From Promethearchaeota archaeon (GTDB lineage Archaea > Asgardarchaeota > Thorarchaeia > Thorarchaeales > Thorarchaeaceae): DNA of 32,000 bases. Positions 9,901 through 17,697 of this stretch are shown here, piece by piece. The stretch's first letter is position 1; every line of letters begins with the position of its first letter. The position numbers were made by a program, and so were the translations under genes. The notes below the pieces were generated by a model, which saw nothing but the letters and a program-made list of their open reading frames with translations, was not told where the DNA came from and did no database searches. Location of the stretch: contig JALVPN010000067.1 of NCBI GenBank assembly GCA_027031765.1, positions 1 to 32,000 on the forward strand. The letters run 5' to 3'.

Positions 9901-12900
9901 GACATGTTGAGGACGTGCTCACCCGGTGGGAGGTCTGGCTGGAATGTCCAGGACAGTGAGTACGAGTTTGAGGTGCCTGAGGTACTGATGGTGCCACCGA
10001 GCACGAGGCTGTAGTTGAAGGTGGAGAGCGGGTTCCCATATATGTCCGTCACCGTGAGGTTGATGGTCGTGGTCATATGGTTCAGGACAACGTCAGGGAT
10101 GTCGACGGTCGCCTCAGCCCATCCAAGGACTGTGAGGTTGACGCTGACAGTATGTGAGAAGAGATAGTAGTGCTCAACAGACACGACCACAAGGTACTGA
10201 CCGGGGGAGTAGCCCGTGGTATCCAAGGTCACGTTGTAGTCCCCGGTGGGCCTGTTCTGGAAGGACAGGCTCTCTGGGCTCACTGCGGTGACAGTGGCAT
10301 CGGACACGACCTCTCCGTACCAGTCGGTCACGTTGACGACCATGTGGAGCTCCTCGCCCTGTGCTATCGTCCATCCCGGTGTGACCGTGAGTGTCACAGA
10401 GGCCTGTGAGAACACCTCGATGTCGAAGGCCTCCACATAGTCATAGGCGAGGGTTGCACCAGCATACACCTTGAAGGACTGTGGGCCAATCGTATAGTTC
10501 GCAGTGACGTTGACACGGTACTCAGCACCACCCACGTGTGATGCCGTGAAGTTCACACCGTTGACCTCGACCTTCACCCAGCCACCTGACGGTACCTCCT
10601 CGAACTCGTCGTAGAGCAACACAGAAACAGAGAAGTCTGTGCCCGCTGTGACGACATCGTCATATGTGACCCCCGGGTCGAGGGCACCACGTACGGCCAT
10701 ATGGTACGACCCAAAGGATGTGCCGTCAACGAACGGGTGGGTTACAAATACCTCGACCGTGTAGTTCCCAATCGGGAAGTCAGCCGTGTCGTTGAGGAAG
10801 TAAGCGCCGGGCGCAACTTCGTCGAGGCGCAGCTCTGTGCCCGCGACCTCGACCCTGACGGTCGCGTTGACTATGGCGTTGTCAAACGGGTCGGTGATGT
10901 TGAGCCATGTCGTAAACACAGAGTACTGGTCGACGACCACAGGAGACTCCCGCGCAATCACCAGCTCAGAAGCCACCACAGACACAACACGTGTGGCATT
11001 GGCCGGTCCGACCGCAAACCTGTGCTCGGCCCGGACAAGGAGTGTGTGGTGACCGGGCGCCACCGTCACGTTGTCAATGACCGTGTAGTAACCAGAACTG
11101 GACGGTGCAGCGGGGTACTCGTGGCCATCGAACAGCACCGTCACATTGGCATCACTGATCTGACTGCCGAAGCTGTCGGACACTGACACGTTGATGTGTA
11201 GCGACTCGGTCTGGAGCACCTCGGACTCTGAGAACACGCTCACCGTCAGGGGGGAGTGCACCTCGACGGCACCTGGCAGCTCGATGGCGACGTCGGTGTA
11301 GTGGGAGTGCAGGACGGAAACGGTCAGGTTCACGAGCCCTATTGGCCAGTTGCACGGGATGTCCCCAGTGTAGTTGCCCGATGGTGCGTCATACACGAGG
11401 CCAAACACCTGAGACGAGACGCTGCCACTCTGGAGGTAGTAGGCGGTCACCGTGACCGACGAGTCGGCGACCACTTCGTCGTAGGCGTTAGTGACCGTGA
11501 TGTCCGCTGACACCACGCTGCCCTGGACCACGACCGAGGCGCTCAGTCCCACGTCCACATCCAGTCCATAGAGCAGGTCGATGTTGCGTACGACACCGAA
11601 TGTGTGGCGGGCACGGAACACAGGGAACGTAGCAATGTCAGTCCCGGCGCCAGCATCTACACTGTCCACGGGAATCAGGTTGTACAGGACACCAATCTCC
11701 GCGTCACAGTCTATGGAACCGTCCATGCCAACGGCGTAGAGGAAGTTGTCAGAGGTCGACAGCACGAGTTCGCAGGCCTCGTCACCATCAAAGTCCAGAA
11801 CCGCACCAGACACAGGCTCAGCATCGCTCACATATCTTGACCACACGGTGTTCCCACCACTCGATGGGGCAATCATGGTAAGGTATCCGGACTCGTCCAA
11901 GAGCAGCAGCTCGTCAGTGTTGTCAGCATCAGCATCGTATGTGAAGACACGGGTGGCATGGCTCCCAGACCAGGTGTACACAGGCCCGCTCCCGACCACC
12001 ATAGTAGTGTCGCCAATCATGCAGATATAGTTGACTGGAGTGTCACCACTCCAAGAGTGGAAGACTGCTGCGAGAGTGTTGGCCTCCGTACTGCCGTTGC
12101 GGAACGGCAAGACCACCAGTGGGGTGTCACCAACAGCACCACCGGGGGACGCGTAGTCAAGGTGGCGGTACAGTGAGAGAGTGTTGGCCTCGTACAGGTC
12201 AATGGCGCCAGAGTCCCACAGGAGCGCAATCTCTGGGTGCTCACCACTCAGTACGGCATGTGAAGTGCCCACCAGTGAGGCATTGCCCGCGACCGTCGTC
12301 GTGTTCAGCGAGAACTGGTCATCGACACGGAAGAGGTACCTTGCCGTCCGGTTGGCCACGACGAAGTGCAGCTCCTCTGTCTGGTCACCATCATCATCAA
12401 ACACCTGGAGCATCCGACTGCTCATCATTGGTCGCGCCGGCAGCTGCAAGGTCCGCCATAAGGTGTAGTTGGTCCCATGGTAGGCCCACATGAAAGTCAT
12501 GCTCTTGTTCGTGGCCATCACAATGGGGTCGCGTATAGCGTCGCCATCTATGTGCGCAAAGTACACTTCAAACGCGTCCTTGTCCCACGCACCGGTCACG
12601 TTGATGTCACTGATGTGAGTACCATTGGTATAGTGGACATGCACAACTGCCTGCTGAGAGGGAGTGTGCGTGACGATCCCGGCCATTATGTCGTCCCCGA
12701 AACTCTCGTCCGAGACCGCCAGGACATGTAGACGGGCCTCGTCGATAGTGGCATTGTAGTCAGCATGGCTTGCGAAGTGCCCCTCAACAACGTACTGGTG
12801 AGGACTCGACACATTCCCGTACCGGTACGTGTTGAGGTACTGGTCCACGACCTCAATGTAGTACGACTGCACACCGGGCTCCATGTTGGTCATCAGGTAG

Positions 12901-14465
12901 TAGAAGCGGTTGTCCGAACTCGGGACCATCTCCGACTCGGCATGGTCGGCCTGTACCACGCCACTGACGGGGGAGATGAAGATGGTTGCACGGTCTATTT
13001 TTGACTCGTCCAGTGCTGTGATCTCGAACTTGACGTAACTGTCATAGATGGTCGGGTGCTGTGGCGACAGAGGGTGGACCGTGACGTCGGGGGGCTGTGT
13101 GTCGCTCAGCAGGACGCCGATATATGACGAGAGTACTGCAACATCAGACCTGCCGTCGACGTTGAAGTCGTATGTGATGACCTGAGTGAAGGGACCGGCG
13201 AACCGTGGCTCCTCATAACCCGTACTACCGTCTAGCCCGCGGATGATGGACAACTGACCGCGCGGGCCTTCGAGGGCCACATCCGTATTGTTGTCCGCAT
13301 CCAGTGCTGCGGCGTCAAACCCACGTGTGGTAGAGCCGGGGCACATGTCAACCGAACGCACGAGGTTGTCGCCAGTAGCACCGTCGACGAAGATGATATT
13401 GGAGGACTTGGCAGGCACACAGACGAGGTCTTCGTCCGCATCACCGTTCAACTGGCCGGCTCTGAGGGTCATATTGGTCTCGGGCTCCAAATCCCTTTCG
13501 AACAGCAGGCTCAGTGAGGAACTGTATGTCCTGAGACGTGAATGCGAGTCACCACTGGTGTCGACCGACGTGACGGCGATGCAGTCCAGCACGTCGGGCC
13601 CGTCGTAGCGGATGCCATCGGTGCCAATGTTGTCCGAGACCGTGGTCGAGCCAATGACGAGGCCGGTCCCATTGATGATGGTGATGCGCATTTCAGATTG
13701 ATACGTGTGGACGAGGCCGATCTCGTGCCTCGGAGAGCTCGTGAAGTTGCCTGCGAAGGCGCGATTGATCTGCCCGTCCGCGTCGTAGAAGCCGATGGCA
13801 GCGCCTGAGTTGAGGTCGACTGTTTGAATCAGGTCGTGGCTGTATACGGCAGCGTCACACATGGAGTCACCATCAAAGTCGCCTGTGAACACCTCGAACG
13901 CCTGTGTGACGTTGCAGGCATATGTCCGGAGAGTATCATTATCGCAGTTGATGAGGAGGAGGTACGGGCCCGTGCCGTTGCTGAACATCACGAGGAACTC
14001 TGTATAGCCGTCGTCATCAACATCGGCCCCGGTCAGGGTCTTGTGGAGAACGGTACCTGTCGTGCTAGTCCCAATGGAGTATTCGGTGCTGTTCACTAGG
14101 TTCTTGAAGTGGAACACACCATCATGGATATATCCTATACCGGTACCAATCTGAGTCCTCCCCACTGCAATAGACTCGACTGTATACGGTAGCTTGACCT
14201 TCAGTACATTTGACGAGGGGGACGTACTGAGATGGGGGACTGGTGTGTCCTGCTGTCCACGAACAGCGGTGGGTACCGCGCTGGACGGTGCCATGAGCAC
14301 GATAAGGAACAGGCCGAACAACAGGACCTTGATAATATCACGGACACTTGCTGAGTAACAGCGTGCGCATGAATGCCGGCACAACCTCAATGTCAGATGA
14401 CGCCTCCGTTGGTCAGACGGGCTGTGTCGTAGGATATGGGACAGACCTATGCCGCCGTCGCCCAA
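6930..14465 (-). CDS. Giant cell-surface protein: signal peptide, two FG-GAP/VCBS-like beta-propeller regions, Ig-like repeats, 7 TM helices and a low-complexity cytosolic tail
   Basis: Uninterrupted 2511-codon ORF. The start is uncertain (TTG 14465 or TTG 14390). Hydrophobic leader IIKVLLFGLFLIVLMAPSSA; Ca-loop motifs DVDDDG, DFDGDS, LNGDAD, DFNVDG, DDDGDQ, DADADN, DFDGDE; 12 ~95-aa beta-rich repeats; seven hydrophobic segments at ~7290-8084; many N-x-S/T sequons. Confidence 0.88.
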   Translation of the reverse strand: MGDGGIGLSHILRHSPSDQRRRHLTLRLCRHSCARCYSASVRDIIKVLLFGLFLIVLMAPSSAVPTAVRGQQDTPVPHLSTSPSSNVLKVKLPYTVESIAVGRTQIGTGIGYIHDGVFHFKNLVNSTEYSIGTSTTGTVLHKTLTGADVDDDGYTEFLVMFSNGTGPYLLLINCDNDTLRTYACNVTQAFEVFTGDFDGDSMCDAAVYSHDLIQTVDLNSGAAIGFYDADGQINRAFAGNFTSSPRHEIGLVHTYQSEMRITIINGTGLVIGSTTVSDNIGTDGIRYDGPDVLDCIAVTSVDTSGDSHSRLRTYSSSLSLLFERDLEPETNMTLRAGQLNGDADEDLVCVPAKSSNIIFVDGATGDNLVRSVDMCPGSTTRGFDAAALDADNNTDVALEGPRGQLSIIRGLDGSTGYEEPRFAGPFTQVITYDFNVDGRSDVAVLSSYIGVLLSDTQPPDVTVHPLSPQHPTIYDSYVKFEITALDESKIDRATIFISPVSGVVQADHAESEMVPSSDNRFYYLMTNMEPGVQSYYIEVVDQYLNTYRYGNVSSPHQYVVEGHFASHADYNATIDEARLHVLAVSDESFGDDIMAGIVTHTPSQQAVVHVHYTNGTHISDINVTGAWDKDAFEVYFAHIDGDAIRDPIVMATNKSMTFMWAYHGTNYTLWRTLQLPARPMMSSRMLQVFDDDGDQTEELHFVVANRTARYLFRVDDQFSLNTTTVAGNASLVGTSHAVLSGEHPEIALLWDSGAIDLYEANTLSLYRHLDYASPGGAVGDTPLVVLPFRNGSTEANTLAAVFHSWSGDTPVNYICMIGDTTMVVGSGPVYTWSGSHATRVFTYDADADNTDELLLLDESGYLTMIAPSSGGNTVWSRYVSDAEPVSGAVLDFDGDEACELVLSTSDNFLYAVGMDGSIDCDAEIGVLYNLIPVDSVDAGAGTDIATFPVFRARHTFGVVRNIDLLYGLDVDVGLSASVVVQGSVVSADITVTNAYDEVVADSSVTVTAYYLQSGSVSSQVFGLVYDAPSGNYTGDIPCNWPIGLVNLTVSVLHSHYTDVAIELPGAVEVHSPLTVSVFSESEVLQTESLHINVSVSDSFGSQISDANVTVLFDGHEYPAAPSSSGYYTVIDNVTVAPGHHTLLVRAEHRFAVGPANATRVVSVVASELVIARESPVVVDQYSVFTTWLNITDPFDNAIVNATVRVEVAGTELRLDEVAPGAYFLNDTADFPIGNYTVEVFVTHPFVDGTSFGSYHMAVRGALDPGVTYDDVVTAGTDFSVSVLLYDEFEEVPSGGWVKVEVNGVNFTASHVGGAEYRVNVTANYTIGPQSFKVYAGATLAYDYVEAFDIEVFSQASVTLTVTPGWTIAQGEELHMVVNVTDWYGEVVSDATVTAVSPESLSFQNRPTGDYNVTLDTTGYSPGQYLVVVSVEHYYLFSHTVSVNLTVLGWAEATVDIPDVVLNHMTTTINLTVTDIYGNPLSTFNYSLVLGGTISTSGTSNSYSLSWTFQPDLPPGEHVLNMSFVGDYVYLSLQTTTIRVLGMSNVSFVSPAPSVTVAQGDAVNFTLVLRDLAGYLVTGATVHVSLNGGTYFLDEVGDGVYSGLVATVGLPLRTYNYTVSVEHEFMAEWATTGELLLQGTPTVSLVTDPSPLRNTEPAQFKFTVTDQYGSPVNGFSYTIAFGDSITVSGTSDDYVLVWGWTPAVAPGVYDLSLTVSGPHVATVNSSWTVHVYSTANVTVVSPAQGSVTAQGTSVPFIVNVTDGIGDLIAGVNCTIHLHGSSYRLVAVSPGVYALDISTVGLPLGTYSVRLTVVHSHLYAVEQYLELVVTGHATISVEYGTPVRVGDVVTFTVVATDLYMNPVTEFNWTLTFQGQVLSGHHSGSNTLSVTLPVSGPPREYPLVVQLSGRYVVPSDYHTTVGVRSEAVVSVVSPSNSTEFVQGEDSIHFVVNLFDTAGNPVPNISVSIVIRDSMSNLDGLDNGTFVTTLSTVGWQPGQYEYMVVIAHPLVDYSHTVQGLIIVKGQPVLVVELSPETPVQGDTVAVTVWATDLYGEPLSNLSITVSFQDQVLNATETSTAGKYVAVFTLPAEGHGTYDIHVSASGTVCEPGSTVEAVYIGVRPPEISMSPETFTLGSGLSFLISLVGFLIYFKVSSSISARGTGKDLHRSIRRMDIIYVSIVALAGLVLLHSVLSAEAGQYSLAVAESVLLLGISVLLYGIWLYRDANSAILDTGHVSTRRMVFGLWHLVFVPLVVLQIFAWGKHIEWFEYYVLREAFTVGGVAVPTIMLTVFVTYVSSIVVVVVNLYKELSRSIAKLDHMRESGTPASVLEEERMDLVDKTGSSIRIKFFMFLVVLAGTTVSTMDFLRSYALGVIVLMPVLFLVVIPFVTSKILKAADRATGYLRKHQSPTSLQEIADAGVTVEHQPDDQTQGRPTEDGHSDTGRAFAATSDGPHHDAAGAPDHTGRPSDGSPDDSYSYSDDDSYTDSHSYSDSDSYSDGNSDHSRGPGDDHDY
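6962..7054 (-). repeat. Degenerate hexamer (xACAGT) coding repeat encoding an Asp/Ser/Tyr-rich tail
   Basis: Minus strand GACAGT TACAGT TACAGT GACGAT GACAGT TACACT GACAGT CATAGT TACAGT GACAGT GACAGC TACAGT, translating to DSYSYSDDDSYTDSHSYSDSDSYSDGNSDHS. Confidence 0.85.
8110..11564 (-). repeat. 12 tandem Ig-like (Big-like) domains within the giant 7TM protein
   Basis: Recurrent ~93-99 aa units of the type V.V.D.YG.P(V/L)..A.V.V...G..Y.L.....G.Y......PG.Y.L.V.(H/G), counted by hand from the translation. Confidence 0.75.
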
Positions 14466-14496
14466 TGGACATACACTCGACTCAACGTGCCACCGC

Positions 14497-14510
14497 TTTT
14501 AGTTATATCT
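14497..14510 (-). promoter_or_regulatory. Candidate TATA region for the giant 7TM surface protein gene
   Basis: AGATATAACTAAAA on the minus strand, the main AT-rich patch upstream of the ORF. Confidence 0.4.
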
Positions 14511-14934
14511 TGAATGAGTCCGTTCGAAAAATGAGATGGCCTGCGGGAGCATGCTAATCTACTCGCGTACGGATTCGTCCGGGCCCTACAGTGGTGATGC
14601 GGCGGTGAGGGCCGGTACTCCCAGTACCACTTCTCCGCGCAGTGGACCCCGGCCGTCTGCACCGTCGGGATGCCGCCGCAAATGGTCGAGGCCCCACCAT
14701 GGACCACATACGACCCATGTCTGTCAGCCCCTTCATGGACATCCCCAACATACCCGGTCCTAGCAGGGACCATGCCAGGACCTGGATGGTGTCCGGCAGT
14801 GCTGTCCGGAATCCTTTGCCAACAGGAGGAGGACCATGCACCGGGCGGCCGGTTTCCCTGCGAAAGGGGCACTATGCCTAACAGAGCACTTATGTGAGTT
14901 GTGTTGACAGACAAGTTGGGATTCGAGCGCAGTG

Positions 14935-15753
14935 ATGAGGAGAACGTTGGTGTCAGTGCTCTTGTTGGGACTTGTCGTCTCAGTCCCTGCTGTGACCGCT
15001 GGGAGCAATCAAGGACTGGAGTGGAAGGTCGAAGTGGGGACACGGATGAGCCTTGAAGTCGGACGGCGCGACTATGTCAACGCCAGCGGGACAATGACCT
15101 CTGAGAGTACAGTGAGTGGCAACGTCACGGCAGTTATCACAGGACTACCTGAAATTCCTGAAGGTGTGTCGGGGGTGAGCATCTCCGACCTCCGGCCACG
15201 GATGCCGCGGCCAACAGTGCGCCTGCTGTGGGACAATGTTACCGAGATGAATGCGACCCATCCCCTCACCAAGTTGGTGGTGACTGCACAGGTAGCGACC
15301 CCTGCGGGCAACTGGTCGGTATACTCCGACATCGCCGACTCCATTGTCGTGACATCGCCCGAGGACTGGATGCTCTGTCCTGCACCGGCGATGGCCTCAT
15401 CGCACGGCTACACGGCACTGGGCGTTTCCAGCTCTGGCGGGCTTGAGAAGAACATGACCCACATGGCCTATCGCGGTTGGGTTGACTTCAAGAATGATGG
15501 TTTCATCGTCTTCTTTGAGTGGGTATACTACCTTGTGGATGGTACTCTGGCACGGTTCTCACTGAAGACAGTCCAGAACAGTCCACTGAACAGTTCCGCG
15601 TATGTGACTGAGGGACATGTTACCAGACTGGATCCGCCCCCCATCGAAGTGTCACCCGACCTGTCAGGGGTGATAGTCGCTGGAGGTGTGGTCTCCGTGG
15701 CGCTCCTCATAGTAGTTGTGATATGGTACGCTCAGAAACGCTCCGTAGGCTGA
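14935..15753 (+). CDS. Secreted, C-terminally membrane-anchored hypothetical protein
   Basis: Signal-peptide-like MRRTLVSVLLLGLVVSVPAVTA; beta-rich body with several N-x-S/T sequons; C-terminal TM GVIVAGGVVSVALLIVVVIWY followed by basic QKR. ATG 14935 is preferred over GTG 14932. Confidence 0.8.
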   Translation: MRRTLVSVLLLGLVVSVPAVTAGSNQGLEWKVEVGTRMSLEVGRRDYVNASGTMTSESTVSGNVTAVITGLPEIPEGVSGVSISDLRPRMPRPTVRLLWDNVTEMNATHPLTKLVVTAQVATPAGNWSVYSDIADSIVVTSPEDWMLCPAPAMASSHGYTALGVSSSGGLEKNMTHMAYRGWVDFKNDGFIVFFEWVYYLVDGTLARFSLKTVQNSPLNSSAYVTEGHVTRLDPPPIEVSPDLSGVIVAGGVVSVALLIVVVIWYAQKRSVG

Positions 15754-15948
15754 CCACGAACCGCACGACGGGTTGTCAGGTATAGGCAGACAACGCCTAT
15801 CAGACCCCCATGCGAGAGTGTGTGTAGTCCAGATGACACGGGCGCCGTTTCCGGCCATATGGGGTCTGTGCAGCTGGCGTCAGCACAAGCTGCTGTTGGA
15901 GCGGCTCTGACATGAGCAGCACGTATGCCATCACGGTGGTACAGCGAC

Positions 15949-16374
15949 CTACTCGTCGAGGAACCTCGTTGGTACGCGCGCGGCCGTTGCCACGAGCTCA
16001 GCGGCGGCTTTTGTTGCACGCATTATCTTGGCCATGCTGCCGCGCCCACCGAGCTTGAACTTGCGCGACATCAGGCCCCTTATCGGGCCAATCTCACCTG
16101 CGAAGAGCAGCTTCCAGCTCTCGTACGGGCCCGAGTATATGAACTCAGGGTCGTCATCAGGGCGGGCCATCCGGGCCTCGCGACACTCGCCATGCCAGAG
16201 GTCCAGATAGAAACGCACGGGCTCCTTGATGAGGGCCCCGTCTGCCTGCACCTCGAACACAAAGTCACCTTCCCATGTCTTTGCGGCTTCTTTGTAGGCC
16301 TCGTTCTGGTCGAGCAACTCCTTGAACTTGGCAATCCACTCAGGCGATGGGAACAGTAGTCTCTCTTCGGTCAT
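15949..16374 (-). CDS. SCP2 sterol/lipid-binding domain protein
   Basis: LFPSPEWIAKFKELLDQNEAYKEAAKTWEGDFVF...FYLDLWHGECREA...YESWKLLFAGEIGPIRGLMSRKFKLGG is typical of standalone SCP2 proteins. ATG 16374 is preferred over the longer ORF start. Confidence 0.85.
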   Translation of the reverse strand: MTEERLLFPSPEWIAKFKELLDQNEAYKEAAKTWEGDFVFEVQADGALIKEPVRFYLDLWHGECREARMARPDDDPEFIYSGPYESWKLLFAGEIGPIRGLMSRKFKLGGRGSMAKIMRATKAAAELVATAARVPTRFLDE

Positions 16375-16400
16375 AGGTCCTTGTCCCAGTTGCGGAGCAT

Positions 16401-16408
16401 ATTGTATA
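16401..16408 (-). promoter_or_regulatory. Candidate TATA box for the SCP2 gene
   Basis: TATACAAT on the minus strand, 26 nt upstream of ATG 16374. Confidence 0.5.
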
Positions 16409-16704
16409 GGGCACCAGTCCCATCCGCCGGACAAAAGCCTTTCGAACTCCATAGACCACCCCCATACAAGGACTAGTGAGGAGCTCGGACTCCAAGGCCG
16501 TCCCTACCTATGATGACCGAGTCCCGGAGCCCGTGTGTACCTGTTGCGATATCCCAGCATCCAAAGTGCATGGCCATGCCCGCACGGCCCCGTACGTATG
16601 AGCGACACCATGTACAACACCGGACGGGAGGGTTCAGACGGGAGGACGGGAGGCCAGTGCACCTGTGCCCTGACACTCGTGCGGAAGGCCTGTTGTGAGG
16701 GGCC

Positions 16705-17406
16705 TCAGGGCCCAGAGGGGCGACCGGGTCTGGGCCAGCCCCTCACCAAGGGGAGGGACAGGCCTTGGGCCAGTGCAGCCTGTTCCTGCAGGCGGCCCAG
16801 CTCGTAACTGCAGTGGGCATCACTCCCGAGGGTGAAGACACAACCTAGATCCCGGGCAGTACACAGGAAGTCGACGTTGTCAGATGGATAGTTAGAGTTT
16901 ATCTCAATGGCAATGCCACTGTCGGCCAGGGCCTGTGCGACCCGCCGGCCATCATCCGGCGAGTAGGACGTGAGGTAGCCACTCCAGTGCCCAAGGACGT
17001 CAAAACTCGCGCTACTGGCCGCACGCACCACCGCAGAGGCCCACACACTGGACCCACACAGCTGATGGACCGAGCCGATTACAATGTCGAACTGTTCGAG
17101 GCCCCCTGCAACAGGCGCCAGCTCGCCGTCGAGACCAATGTCGACCTCCGCACCCTCCAGTATGACCAGACGCTCATGGTCGTTCCGGGCGTCCTCAATC
17201 TCGCCGTGTCGTTGCAAGACCAAAGAAAGACCACCGCGCCGGGAGCCACGAGACGGCCAGAAGTGGTCGGTAATGGCAACGGCATCGAGGCCGCGCTGCT
17301 GTGCGAGGGCTGCAATCTCAGCAACCCCCATTGTGCCGTCTGAGAACGTAGAGTGTACGTGCAGGTCGGCAACCGACCACTCCTGTTGTGGGGTCACACC
17401 GGTCAC
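16705..17406 (-). CDS. PHP-domain metallo-phosphoesterase (standalone, YcdX/PolX-PHP-like)
   Basis: DLHVHSTFSDG, AITDH, GAEVD, GSVH, VLGH and LGSDAH metal-binding motifs; 233 aa. Confidence 0.9.
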   Translation of the reverse strand: MTGVTPQQEWSVADLHVHSTFSDGTMGVAEIAALAQQRGLDAVAITDHFWPSRGSRRGGLSLVLQRHGEIEDARNDHERLVILEGAEVDIGLDGELAPVAGGLEQFDIVIGSVHQLCGSSVWASAVVRAASSASFDVLGHWSGYLTSYSPDDGRRVAQALADSGIAIEINSNYPSDNVDFLCTARDLGCVFTLGSDAHCSYELGRLQEQAALAQGLSLPLVRGWPRPGRPSGP

Positions 17407-17634
17407 TACTAGCAGCCACCTTCGCAGTGGCCCACATCACAGCTCAGGCTGCTGGGAGCACCCTGTATGGGGCCACGCTCTCCACGGGCCAGTCTGCAGC
17501 ACCTCATATATCATCTGATGCTGCACAGTCAGGGGACGCAACACGTCTGATACGGACACGTGATGGCAAGATGGCCGTGGCGGCGGCCCGGTGGACAGAC
17601 AGGCCAGTATTTGACGTTTGACGAGTACCAAACA

Positions 17635-17640
17635 TTTATA
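17635..17640 (+). promoter_or_regulatory. TATA box (TTTATA) of the membrane protein-wHTH-DUF4097 operon
   Basis: Consensus archaeal TTTATA in an AT-rich divergent intergenic region, 57 nt upstream of ATG 17698. Confidence 0.65.
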
Positions 17641-17662
17641 TCTGGGTTGTGTTTGGCATTTG

Positions 17663-17674
17663 TCAAACGTTTGA
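17663..17674. promoter_or_regulatory. Perfect 12-bp palindrome TCAAACGTTTGA, candidate repressor operator
   Basis: Self-complementary sequence about 23-34 nt downstream of the TATA box, over the expected TSS. Related GTTTGR half-sites lie nearby. Confidence 0.6.
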
Positions 17675-17697
17675 AAGCTTACAGGAAGCGATGACGG

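Noticed and set aside
14338-14370. Out-of-frame ATG mini-ORF (MRTLLLSKCP*) overlapping the giant gene's leader, a possible frameshifted true start
   Set aside because: In-frame TTG starts (14465, 14390) explain the gene without a frameshift, and there is no slippery site or other support.
14820-14900. Purine-rich segment and small hairpin reminiscent of RNase P or SRP RNA
   Set aside because: The RNase P P4 hallmark (GAGGAAAGUCC) and the SRP helix-8 motif are both absent.
15772-15800. Two overlapping 6-bp inverted repeats after the secreted-protein gene
   Set aside because: Short stems are expected by chance and there is no U-tract.
16375-16452. Longer N-terminus for the SCP2 ORF in the ORF track
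   Set aside because: The extension contains the TATA-like box and has no SCP2 similarity; ATG 16374 fits better.
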